From a virus (taxonomy: Duplodnaviria > Caudoviricetes), in the IMG/VR virus record IMGVR_UViG_3300032212_000006, positions 1-59,231 of that record: a DNA stretch of 59,231 nucleotides; one strand, 5' to 3'. This document shows positions 48,465-57,079 of this stretch, in pieces (within the stretch, counting starts at the first letter, position 1; the number at the start of each line of letters is the position of its first letter). The notes beneath the pieces are model-generated. The model did not search any database and had not been told where the DNA came from. It saw only the letters and a list, made by a program, of their open reading frames with translations. Both the position numbers and the translations under genes were made by a program.

Positions 48465-48495
48465 AGGGAAGTCTAATATTAGACTTCCCTTTTTT
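48465..48495 (+). terminator. intrinsic terminator
   Basis: AGGGAAGTCTAA/TTAGACTTCCCT stem plus T-run. Confidence 0.85.
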
Positions 48496-48544
48496 ATGCT
48501 CGGCTATATTAGCTTATTCGAATATACTCACATTCTAAAGCGCA

Positions 48545-48720
48545 CATGTAAATAGACCCGCATGGCTCCGCGCCTGCAAGCCCGAAGGTGGACGTGTAAA
48601 TAGACCCGCATGGCTACGTGCCTGCAAGCCCGAAGGTGGACTGAAATGAGCGTGACTGCAGGGACACAGCACGACATGTAAACACAGCGGCTCCCGCGCC
48701 TGCAGGCCCGAAGGTAGAAC
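48545..48720. repeat. GC-rich ~48-bp repeat, three copies (fourth at 49501-49548)
   Basis: TGTAAA...GGCTCCGCGCCTGCAAGCCCGAAGGTGGA. Confidence 0.85.
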
Positions 48721-48815
48721 GCAAAAAGAAGCCGGATAAGGCATCCGGCTTAAAACGATCCAGTTAGGGACTGGATCAACAAGAGGAGCTCCCATATGAG
48801 GAGGAGCTCCGGAGC

Positions 48816-49082
48816 TTACTCGCTTAAACCTGCTTCATACTGCGACCAGGCATTCCATAAGAAATCGGCCATATGATCAAAGTCTTCAGAAACTTCTTCA
48901 GTTGTCTCAACAAGACAATGATAAGAGCCATCTTGTAATTCACCAAACCATGCGCCGTCGCCATCAAATACAATGAGCGCTTTAAAATACTGACCAGAAT
49001 CATTTTGGTCTATTTGATCCATCTCTTTCTTATCCGTTACACGACGTTGCGTGTCTTTCCATTCTTCGTATGTCATACTCAT
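48816..49082 (-). CDS. acidic early protein
   Basis: AAGG SD; followed by three hairpins at 48729-48810. Confidence 0.7.
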   Translation of the reverse strand: MSMTYEEWKDTQRRVTDKKEMDQIDQNDSGQYFKALIVFDGDGAWFGELQDGSYHCLVETTEEVSEDFDHMADFLWNAWSQYEAGLSE

Positions 49083-49094
49083 AATAAGATACCT

Positions 49095-49339
49095 TTATAA
49101 TTTTATACCGTAAGATTCAGTAGCGGTCCAATGTATCCATAAGTGACATGCTGCTTTGGCAAATGTTTCATGTACAGTTTCCTCATTGCTAATCATTACA
49201 ACGAATCCGCCGTATCTATTAAAAAGATAAATGAGCCATCTTCAAACATAAACCCTGGAGATTGATCTTCGTTGTCACCTTGAAATACGTCCTCAACAAC
49301 TCTAGACGTAGATTTCCAATTCTCATATTGTTCACACAT
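49095..49339 (-). pseudogene. paralog of 48816-49082 split by a 1-nt frameshift (probably a sequencing error)
   Basis: One more T at 49221-49225 gives an 81-aa ORF (YENWKSTSRVV...LWIHW) with AAGGAG SD and promoter 49400-49372. Confidence 0.6.
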
Positions 49340-49551
49340 AATCTTTACTCCTTTATTTATTTTATAAGTATATTATACACACAAACAAGCACGAAGTACA
49401 ACTATTTATTTAGTGACCAAGATGGGTGAAATCGCCGCCTCAGCCCTGAATCAGACAGGCATGGGTAGCCCCAGAAGGGGACACGTGAGCATGTAACCAT
49501 ATGTAAATGATCCCATGGCTCCGCGCTAGCAGGCCCAAAGGTGGAGCGCAA

Positions 49552-49580
49552 AATAAAGCCCCTCTAGTAGGGGCTTTATT
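49552..49580 (-). terminator. intrinsic terminator
   Basis: AATAAAGCCCC / GGGGCTTTATT stem right after the 49601 stop. Confidence 0.75.
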
Positions 49581-49600
49581 AAGTACTTAAGGAACTAAGA

Positions 49601-50092
49601 TTAGCTCAGTAAGTCGTCCAGGTCTTCATCAGACTCAGTTTCATCAGCAGGCTCTTCAGCCGCATCTTCAGCCGCATCGACTTCTGATTTTGCATCAGCC
49701 TTTGCTTTGCCACGTGGCTTACGAGAACCTTTACGTGATTCAGCGAATGCCTTTGCTTCATCTTCAGTTGCAATACCAAGGTCAGACATGATCTTAGTGA
49801 CGCCTTTAGAATCTTCCAGCTGATCAGTATAAACCTTAGCGGCATCAACCATGTCCTGCGTTGGCTTAAAGTCTTCAGTGACATATGCGAAATTAGAACC
49901 TTTACGAAGATCAGAAACTTTGCCGTTTGTTGTGCGGTACTTCGCAGCCAGCTCAGCGTCCTTCATGTCAGGGTTTGTACGCATTTCGTGTTTGATCGTT
50001 GCTACAACTGCCAGTGGCATACGGCCACGGATAATTTCAACAACAACTTTTTCAACTTTTTCTTCGGTTTTTGCAGTTTCGTTCTTAGCCAT
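49601..50092 (-). CDS. early HTH-like protein with acidic tail
   Basis: AAGGAG SD; DAELAAKYRTTNGKVSDLRKG; promoter 50292-50264. Confidence 0.75.
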   Translation of the reverse strand: MAKNETAKTEEKVEKVVVEIIRGRMPLAVVATIKHEMRTNPDMKDAELAAKYRTTNGKVSDLRKGSNFAYVTEDFKPTQDMVDAAKVYTDQLEDSKGVTKIMSDLGIATEDEAKAFAESRKGSRKPRGKAKADAKSEVDAAEDAAEEPADETESDEDLDDLLS

Positions 50093-50316
50093 GATAGGGC
50101 TCCTTATTTAGTTTACGATTTAAAAATACTTAACAACATTGATACCACTATGATCGTAGAATATTTGAATACCCATATGATCACAGCAAATACCGTGAAT
50201 AGACCGCCATTTAAAGCCGTCAGAAAAAACTTTTTTAACATATTAGCTTCATCCTCAACCTCCATTCTACTATAGTTTATATTAAATGTACAACTTTTTA
50301 TTCATGGATCTTGAAC

Positions 50317-50721
50317 TTATTTTTCCCGTTTTTCGGCCCGTTCATAAGCCCATTTGAATTGCTTTCTCGCGTTCTCTACTACGAACTCAGTTTGATTCTT
50401 AAGCCACTTAGGGCGAGTTTCCTTCATTACATTGGTCCTGAGACCAAAGAATGGTTCGAGCTTCGCTTTCGTCGGGAAAACCTTAAATCTAGTAGTGACA
50501 TCAAAGTCATTAATCATTGTCGCTTCGAATGGGGATTTACCCATGACATACATGATAGCTAAACGAAACTCCCACTCAGGCCATGTATTCTCATCAAGAA
50601 CAGGTAACCCTATTGCCATGGTCGCCCATACTATAGATTCACACATTGGAACTAATTCGTCGTCCTGCCAGCAGACGTCTTTGTAGTCCTTAATGTTCGT
50701 TAGCACAAAATCCAGGCTCAT
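50317..50721 (-). CDS. hypothetical early protein
   Basis: GGAG SD; IVWATMAIGL...GLRTNV. Confidence 0.65.
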   Translation of the reverse strand: MSLDFVLTNIKDYKDVCWQDDELVPMCESIVWATMAIGLPVLDENTWPEWEFRLAIMYVMGKSPFEATMINDFDVTTRFKVFPTKAKLEPFFGLRTNVMKETRPKWLKNQTEFVVENARKQFKWAYERAEKREK

Positions 50722-50838
50722 AGCTATTCTCCAAAATTAAATCTGCAGGTAATTCTGCGCAGAACGTTTCAGTGGAATGTTCATCAAACACAGGTATATC
50801 CATCTAATGAACTTCTTCAGTGACTATGTCATCTAAAC

Positions 50839-51093
50839 TCATGACGAGATCCTCATTGCCGAGATGCCTTCGTACTCAGCACCTATAAGATTAATGAATT
50901 CTATAAATTTACTTAATTTCATTTCCGTAGGGTTTTCCCAATTATCAGTGACACGTATGCGGTCACCCATCATTGTACAAACTTGGTAGTGATGTCCTGG
51001 CGATTCGAACTCAGCCACGAGACATAGCCCGTTAGGTGGGATTTGTAAAATTTTGCCGTCTTTGATGACTGCTGATTGGCCTTCTTCAAACAT
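50839..51093 (-). CDS. hypothetical early protein
   Basis: GGAG SD; promoter TGTACT-N17-TATAAT 51155-51127. Confidence 0.65.
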   Translation of the reverse strand: MFEEGQSAVIKDGKILQIPPNGLCLVAEFESPGHHYQVCTMMGDRIRVTDNWENPTEMKLSKFIEFINLIGAEYEGISAMRISS

Positions 51094-51377
51094 GATCTTC
51101 GCTCCGTTTAATTATTGTATGAGTTAATTATAAACACGAAATGGCCAGAAGTACAACAGTTTAATCACAGCCCGTTATCGAATATTATTCTATTAATGGC
51201 GGGCGCGGGTGCGCGCGTAACTACCACATGTAAACACAATTGTACATATATAAATCGTTGGACCCAATATCGAGTCACAACGCCATAGCGGCGCGGCGGC
51301 CCCGACTGTAATCCCAGAAGGCAAGTCTTTAACGCCGCGGCACCCACGCCCACACGCACGTGTGTCAGAATCAATAT

Positions 51378-52010
51378 GCCCAAAGGTGGAGCAACCTACC
51401 CAAAGGTAGAGCGGCGCGACGGCTCCATGAATAATTCTTCCGGATTTCAATTCTTCCGAATTCTTCCGTTAAGAGGTAGAATTCGGAAGAAAGGTGGCTA
51501 AAGGTGCCGAAGGTAGTATGCTTGAAGGTAGAGCAACATCAAACTATACATGAAATACGGCGGCTCCTCGGCACCAGAACTGACGAGCGCACACGATTCC
51601 GGCCTTCTGGACATGTTACCAAAGTAGTTATTACGCCAGAGCTTCCGTTCTACTACTATTTAAAAACTTTTAAAACTAGTATATACAGTGGTTATATGGT
51701 TATAGGTTATTATATTATATTTATTATACTTTATTATATAAGTAAGAAGAAGAAGAATAATGGTTAAAAATACGTTAAAAATTAATAACTTATGGTATCT
51801 TCCGTTTATTCTTCCGGCTACACAACTAATTTAAAAACGGAAGAAACCACTGATTTGTGCCGACGCACTACGTCACTTTACGCTTAGTTGACAATACGAG
51901 ATCTTCCGTTTTAACTTCACGAGCTTCCAACGAGTTTAAAACGGAAGAACACCTTTAATAGTTGGAAGTTTCTTCTGAATTCTACCACTTGACGGAAGAA
52001 TTAGGAAGCA
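51378..52010. other. putative replication origin or packaging region (iterons around an AT-rich core)
   Basis: About 11 TCTTCCG/CGGAAGA-type copies in both orientations around very AT-rich 51655-51795; sits at the divergence of the two arms. Confidence 0.55.
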
Positions 52011-52388
52011 TCAGCTAAACCGCAAACAACTTTGGTACCGACGTGCCGCCCTGTACCATTCATTATTACCATATATCTAATACACAATATCAAGTACTCA
52101 GGAACTAGTCGTCTACTATATCGTATAACGGTGTATCGGCACTCTGAATTTCTTACCTTGACGAGTACTTAATGCCGTCACATTGAGTGCCGTGATGCCG
52201 ACGTATAGTGTAACTAGTTTAAGCGTCTATAATACCAGATAATATGCACGTACGTAAGTACATCATATTACGCGTAGACTCCCGAAGATTTCACACAGAT
52301 GTAAAGTAGTATACTTAATCTTGATTGGGTCCTGGAGGGAGTGTAATCGGAGTGCCGACACATATGGTAATTAAAGTCATGGACCAAG

Positions 52389-52417
52389 TGTACATAGAGA
52401 TAAATACATTGTATTAT
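52389..52417 (+). promoter_or_regulatory. promoter TGTACA-N17-TATTAT for the RNA cluster
   Basis: Family consensus; start falls just before the tRNA-like element. Confidence 0.7.
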
Positions 52418-52426
52418 ATAAGGTAT

Positions 52427-52525
52427 AGTCAAGTGGCGGAATTGGTAGACGCAGCCTCAGTCGACGATTAGGTGTAGAAGAAACGTAAGGACTACACGTT
52501 GTAGGTTCGAATCCTACCTTGACTA
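52427..52525 (+). tRNA. tRNA-like RNA (Leu-type class II scaffold) with non-canonical anticodon arm
   Basis: Acceptor AGTCAAG/CTTGACT, D arm TGGCGGAATTGGTAGACGC, T arm GTAGG-TTCGAAT-CCTAC; no 7-nt anticodon loop; no encoded CCA. Confidence 0.7.
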
Positions 52526-52531
52526 CTATAT

Positions 52532-52649
52532 GGTGATAAGTTGATCGGTAACCAGAAAGCCCGAGACCGCACCCTGACACCCTTCGGGTACACAGGCATA
52601 AAACTAGGAGCGGCGTAATGGATAACAGTAGGTTGGCTTATCACCTCCA
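52532..52649 (+). ncRNA. 118-nt structured RNA ending in stem-U-CCA
   Basis: 15-bp closing stem GGTGATAAGTTGATC/GGTTGGCTTATCACC then TCCA; inner C-UUCG-G hairpin. Confidence 0.65.
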
Positions 52650-52658
52650 AATTTAAAA

Positions 52659-52675
52659 ATCGTTGTGAGGGCGAT
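52659..52675 (+). promoter_or_regulatory. RBS-hairpin motif ATCGTTGTGAGGGCGAT (also near 52864, 55058, 57791, 2866)
   Basis: Repeated directly upstream of start codons; stem overlaps the GAGG SD. Confidence 0.7.
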
Positions 52676-52858
52676 ATGTCATACACAGAAAATAACTTCT
52701 TAGATGATTTAAAGACGGAATTGATAGAAGATAATCCAGAATATAAGATTCTTCTTGACTATATTGAAGGGCGTATTAAACAGGCTGTGCAACATACGCT
52801 TGATAATATTGAGTTTGCTACTAAAGAAGATATTCAAGAGATGATTGATAGACTATAA
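52676..52858 (+). CDS. acidic hypothetical protein
   Basis: Follows RBS motif. Confidence 0.65.
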   Translation: MSYTENNFLDDLKTELIEDNPEYKILLDYIEGRIKQAVQHTLDNIEFATKEDIQEMIDRL

Positions 52859-52879
52859 ATAAATCGTTGTGAGGCGAAT

Positions 52880-53182
52880 ATGTACGACATAGAATATACA
52901 AGCATTCATGGTATTTGTTTTGATGAAGGTCAAAGCGGTAATTGTGGTCTTGAGTGTCGAGGATTACTATCTAACCAATGTGAAATTGAAGACGAGATGC
53001 TTGAATCATGCTCATTCAATGAGATATACGATACAGGTGAGTTTATTGATTACTTAATCGATAAGTTTATTGGCGAGTTTAGAATGCAGATTTTTATGCA
53101 ACAAACGAAGATTGAGTTTGATATAAATAAACACCTTGAAAATATGAGAAATGGTGCCGTTGAACCTAAACGTATAGGATGA
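52880..53182 (+). CDS. Cys-containing acidic hypothetical protein
   Basis: Follows RBS motif variant GTGAGGC. Confidence 0.65.
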   Translation: MYDIEYTSIHGICFDEGQSGNCGLECRGLLSNQCEIEDEMLESCSFNEIYDTGEFIDYLIDKFIGEFRMQIFMQQTKIEFDINKHLENMRNGAVEPKRIG

Positions 53183-53186
53183 TATA

Positions 53187-53405
53187 ATGGATAGTTATGA
53201 TATTAAGAAGTTAGAGAATATAGCGTATATTAATTCTCAAATAGCGTGTGCGCAAGCTACGATAGCAGGTATGCAGGCAACAAATACCGAAAGACTAGCT
53301 AATGGTTATACAGTAGCGTATGGCGAAGAAGAGTTTGAAAACGTTATTAATCGATTTGGGTTACATCATAATAGTGTTTTAACTACATTTAATAATGGGT
53401 TATAG
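53187..53405 (+). CDS. hypothetical phage protein
   Basis: AGGA SD; GMQATN..R...G...AY.EE.F pattern. Confidence 0.65.
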   Translation: MDSYDIKKLENIAYINSQIACAQATIAGMQATNTERLANGYTVAYGEEEFENVINRFGLHHNSVLTTFNNGL

Positions 53406-54117
53406 TATGAGTAATGAGAAGATTTTAGCAAGAGCTAAAGCGTTATTGGCTATGAGTCAAGACGCGTCATCAGAACATGAGGCTATGATTGCAGCACGAA
53501 GACTACATTCGTTGCTAGCGAAACATAATATATCAGTTTTGGATCTTGACGACAATCAAGAAGAAGTTGGCGAATGTGAGTTTCATGTAAATGATTGGCC
53601 ATGGAAAAGAACTATAGGTTATTGGGTAGCTAAGTTATATTTTTGCGAGTTGACGTACCAAAGAACTAAAAGAAATTACGCAAACTATTTTGTAACAGGT
53701 ACTGAAGTAAATAGATTATTCGCAGAATCAATAATGAAGAACGTGTTCTTTACTATAGACTTGGCGTCTAAAGTTGAAAGCAGAAAACTGTATGGTAAAG
53801 TCGTATCTTCATTCGTAACATCATTCCGTAATGGTGCGTCTAATACTATAGCTTTGCGGTGTAATGAGTTAATAGATCAAGCCAAAGAAGGAACTTTGGT
53901 AGATGATGAAGGTAATACGTTACCAATATTGTCGTCTGTATACGATAAGTACGAAGCTGAAAATAGTGCGTATATGGAGAAGCTAGATATAAAGACTTCT
54001 AAATCATCGATTAGATCTTTGGACAGTAAAGGATATACAGCGGGTGCCGAAGCAGGTGAGAATGTGCAACTAAGTCGATCAGTACAAGATAAGTCAAGTC
54101 CTAAATTGTTGGAGTAA
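53395..54117 (+). CDS. DUF2786-domain protein
   Basis: KILARAKALLAMS...EHEA..AAR...LL.KHNIS; SF..G; GY.AG..AG. Confidence 0.75.
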   Translation: MGYSMSNEKILARAKALLAMSQDASSEHEAMIAARRLHSLLAKHNISVLDLDDNQEEVGECEFHVNDWPWKRTIGYWVAKLYFCELTYQRTKRNYANYFVTGTEVNRLFAESIMKNVFFTIDLASKVESRKLYGKVVSSFVTSFRNGASNTIALRCNELIDQAKEGTLVDDEGNTLPILSSVYDKYEAENSAYMEKLDIKTSKSSIRSLDSKGYTAGAEAGENVQLSRSVQDKSSPKLLE

Positions 54118-54482
54118 TTATGCGTACAGTATATGATCCCAGAACCAATGAGTATGTTGTATCTAATAATCCTGCTTTGATTTTAGCAGATGAAATGTGT
54201 AAGACACATAAGAAATCAGTGCTAGACCCTGAATATTGGTTACTTATTTGCTATATGGCTAATTATATGGAGGATTACGTATGAGTAAAGCGTATATATG
54301 TTATGATTGTGGTCTTATCACAACTAAAATCTTTAGTAATGGTGATAATAAACATAGATGTGATAAATGCTCTTATACCAAGTATGTAACTGATAACCCA
54401 TTGACACACGGTTTATTAATACGTAAAGATTCTGTAGTTGATTTTAATGTGAAAGCTTAGTAAATTAAATTCAAGGATCAAG

Positions 54483-54511
54483 TGTACATAGTTAAAATAA
54501 GGTGGTAATAT
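54483..54511 (+). promoter_or_regulatory. promoter TGTACA-N17-TAATAT for the second RNA cluster
   Basis: Predicted start about 54518 equals the first base of the TGTTGGA/TCCAACA stem. Confidence 0.7.
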
Positions 54512-54517
54512 AGTAAC

Positions 54518-54760
54518 TGTTGGATGAGTGCAGCTAAGAGTATATAGTGACGCGTATACCTCCAACATGATCAAATGAAGTATAGCAGCAGTAGTGCGCA
54601 CTATGGGAGATCTACACCCTTTATCTGATTTTGATCGGCACGGTCGAAGTGTAGGTAGTATCAGTACCTAAGCAAGTAGGACTTGAGAGGTTATGCGGAA
54701 GACGGTAATCAATCCGTTAACATACATACCATAACTGGTGGAGGTGCAAGCCCTCTTATA
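54518..54760 (+). ncRNA. candidate structured RNA region
   Basis: Several stems (TGTTGGA/TCCAACA, TAGGTA/TACCTA, GTTATG/CATAAC) and a T-loop-like arm GGAGG-TGCAAGC-CCTCT; no credible ORF. Confidence 0.5.
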
Positions 54761-54761
54761 T

Positions 54762-54826
54762 GGAGTGAGTGTACGTTAAATTTATTTTAACTTGTGTAGT
54801 AGCTAGTTCGTGCACTCACTCCTCCA
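54762..54826 (+). ncRNA. 65-nt hairpin RNA ending in stem-U-CCA
   Basis: 14-bp stem GGAGTGAGTGTACG/CGTGCACTCACTCC then TCCA. Confidence 0.65.
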
Positions 54827-54828
54827 AT

Positions 54829-55047
54829 TAGATTATTTACCGAGAGGCATTACACGCTAATGGGAATTTATAGTAAGGGGCACCTGAATTAAAAAGAAGT
54901 TAGTATTTGTGACGATGGATCTGAAAATCCGCAGCCAAGGAAACATAAATAAGTAACTGTAAAGTAAGGGCACTGAAACACAGCGAAAATTTATAGTGTG
55001 AAACGAAGCAAATAGTGAAGTTGTAGTGTCGCGCGGTAAGTAATTTA
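54829..55047 (+). ncRNA. candidate ~220-nt RNA closed by a long interrupted helix
   Basis: 54832-54842 pairs with 55034-55044; 54846-54854 with 55022-55030; 54855-54859 with 55013-55017. Confidence 0.6.
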
Positions 55048-55077
55048 TAAGTAATTAATCGTTGTGAGGGCGATATA

Positions 55078-55308
55078 ATGAATATTAAACACGATGTAAA
55101 AACAGTATCTGACCATGAAATAACTCTAAGCGGTGAAGATATAATTGAGTTAATCAATCTATATATCCATGTAGAACTAAAAGGTGCTAAAGTGCCTAGC
55201 GATGCCACTGTAAAGTTCTCAGTTCCAGGTGGTGGAGACTATTCTAACCAAAGAGTAGATATAGATAAGGATAACAATGTAATCGTATCTTGGTCAGATA
55301 TGTCATGA
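55078..55308 (+). CDS. hypothetical protein
   Basis: Follows RBS motif; VPGGGDYSN. Confidence 0.65.
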   Translation: MNIKHDVKTVSDHEITLSGEDIIELINLYIHVELKGAKVPSDATVKFSVPGGGDYSNQRVDIDKDNNVIVSWSDMS

Positions 55309-55526
55309 CTTGCTCAGAAATATGTATGTTAGAAATGTTCCTAAATCATAGAGCCAACGACTCTAAGTATTTAGTATGGATATCACCTAATGATGTGTAT
55401 ATGAAAGCTGTATGTATAGGCAAAAGAGACGATGAAGAGTCTGTTATATTTGAAGACGGCACATACGCGTATTTGCATAATACATCAATAGACGCATTTG
55501 CAATTGTTAAGAGGTTAGGAACGTGA
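55290..55526 (+). CDS. hypothetical protein
   Basis: Probable start ATG 55305 (ATGA overlap). Confidence 0.5.
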   Translation: MVRYVMTCSEICMLEMFLNHRANDSKYLVWISPNDVYMKAVCIGKRDDEESVIFEDGTYAYLHNTSIDAFAIVKRLGT

Positions 55527-55769
55527 GTAATCCACAAATTCTTGTTGACGATATTAATTTACTCACCATTGGTACGTGCGTTAAATGTAATAATGGTTAT
55601 GACTAGGTATACGTAGGCAATAGAACTACAACTACTAAATCTATATCTCATCATTTCAGTAGATTCGATCGTATACTAATTGATGGTCCTTGGACATATA
55701 GAGCTACTAATCATGAGACATTAGATGTAAAGTTTCCAGGAATTTTAGACTTACGATATAGGCAATTAT

Positions 55770-55958
55770 ATGAGTAAATACCAAGAGATGCTAGACGCTT
55801 TGGAAGAGTACAAGTGTGAAGAGTGTAATGGCACAGGTGAGTGTGATAACGCAGAACCTTACGGTATGATGTGTGATACATGGGTATGCACCAAATGTAA
55901 TGGTACAGGGTTGAATAGTAATATTGGCAATTTTCGTATTGGAGTAGTTGATAAATGA
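55770..55958 (+). CDS. small DnaJ-type zinc-finger protein
   Basis: CEECNGTG...CTKCNGTG. Confidence 0.65.
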   Translation: MSKYQEMLDALEEYKCEECNGTGECDNAEPYGMMCDTWVCTKCNGTGLNSNIGNFRIGVVDK

Positions 55959-56114
55959 TAAATCTTGATGATGTCAAAAAACAAGCTCAATGGGAAATTG
56001 ACATTGAGCGGTTTGAAGAAGCAGTAAAGAAAGAGAAGGCAAAGATTAAATCTAAAAAGCTTAGATTTCCTTGGCGTCTTCGTTTTATTAACCTTAATAA
56101 AGTGAGTAAGTAAT

Positions 56115-56306
56115 ATGGCTAGTGAATTTGATCTTGAAAAGGCTAAGAAAGAAGCCCAAAAAGAAATTAACGACGAAATGATTTCAAAGGCTAAAGTTAA
56201 GTTAAAAGCTAAAATGCTTGAGCTTAATGACGCCGAACAATTGGTTGTTAATGTAAAGCGTGAACTTGAGGAATTAGAACACGAAATAGCTAATGGACTA
56301 TCGTAA
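56115..56306 (+). CDS. coiled-coil hypothetical protein
   Basis: Heptad pattern; packed operon. Confidence 0.6.
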   Translation: MASEFDLEKAKKEAQKEINDEMISKAKVKLKAKMLELNDAEQLVVNVKRELEELEHEIANGLS

Positions 56307-56868
56307 GTTAAGAAACCTATTGCATCCGTTCATTGAAATTCAATGGGCTGGGATGCGCTCGACCGTAGACCATATGTCAAGGCAAGGTTGGGAGTTTGAG
56401 ATGATTCGACATGAAGAATTTCAAGACTGTCAATTGGTATTTAGAAATATAAACCATGATGCCGTAGGATATTGTCGTAAAGTTGATCAGTATAGGATTA
56501 TGGACATGCATATGTCTTCGTACGATAGACCCAATCCTAGTCTTATGGTTGGCGGTCCTGCTAATATATCGTTTGACGCTACAATGCACAAACGTATTGA
56601 AACACAATTACCTATGGATTACTCTATACATAAGATGTCGGTAGGAATAATGAGACCTGATGGTGAAGTATACATAATAGAATCACATAAAGACGATGCG
56701 CCTGAAGAACTTATTATAATGCCTGAAGATATACCAGATTTAATGGCTAAAATTCGTAAAGTTCAAGAGCCTAGAGCTAGAGAAATATTAGCTAACCAAC
56801 GTAAACGGCAAGAATTGTCAGAGCTTAATACCAAGGCAACTATATTATCATTTAATAAGGTATCGTAA
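56293..56868 (+). CDS. hypothetical protein
   Basis: 191-aa ORF overlapping upstream end. Confidence 0.7.
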   Translation: MDYRKLRNLLHPFIEIQWAGMRSTVDHMSRQGWEFEMIRHEEFQDCQLVFRNINHDAVGYCRKVDQYRIMDMHMSSYDRPNPSLMVGGPANISFDATMHKRIETQLPMDYSIHKMSVGIMRPDGEVYIIESHKDDAPEELIIMPEDIPDLMAKIRKVQEPRAREILANQRKRQELSELNTKATILSFNKVS

Positions 56869-56869
56869 T

Positions 56870-57079
56870 ATGATTGCTGTAATTTGTAATAAGCGTAGAC
56901 ACTTTAAAGAGTTTATATATTGGGTAGCAGTAAAAGATACAGAAAAGTTTAGATGCGTTACACGCCCTGATCAATTACACGGTATAAGTATATCAGATTA
57001 TATATCTATTGGCGATTACTATAATAATCCACACATTGATGAAATAGAACGCTTAATAAAAACTAGGATACGACCATGA
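56870..57079 (+). CDS. hypothetical protein
   Basis: AAGG SD. Confidence 0.6.
   Translation: MIAVICNKRRHFKEFIYWVAVKDTEKFRCVTRPDQLHGISISDYISIGDYYNNPHIDEIERLIKTRIRP

Larger units (their letters stand above)
47943..48539. repeat. three 28-34 bp direct repeats flanking the HTH gene
   Basis: ATATTAGYTTATT(AT/CG)AATATACTCACAT(TCTAAA) at 47943, 47985 and 48506. Confidence 0.85.

Noticed and set aside
48545-48720. CRISPR array
   Set aside because: Units are adjacent or irregularly spaced with no unique equal-length spacers; the Cas4-like gene sits in the replication module.
52427-52649. tmRNA, intron-containing tRNA or tRNA-associated HDV-like ribozyme
   Set aside because: No tag ORF, no G3-U70 alanine acceptor, insert too short for a self-splicing intron, and I could not build the nested double pseudoknot.
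51165-52686. Short ORFs in the origin and RNA region (51165, 51193, 51504, 52377, 52492)
   Set aside because: They overlap repeats or structured RNAs, lack SD sites and have atypical composition.
54916-54940. Group I intron or SRP RNA, suggested by AATCCGCAGCCAAGG
   Set aside because: No R/S (P7) elements, no interrupted gene, and no CAGG-GNRA helix 8 partner.
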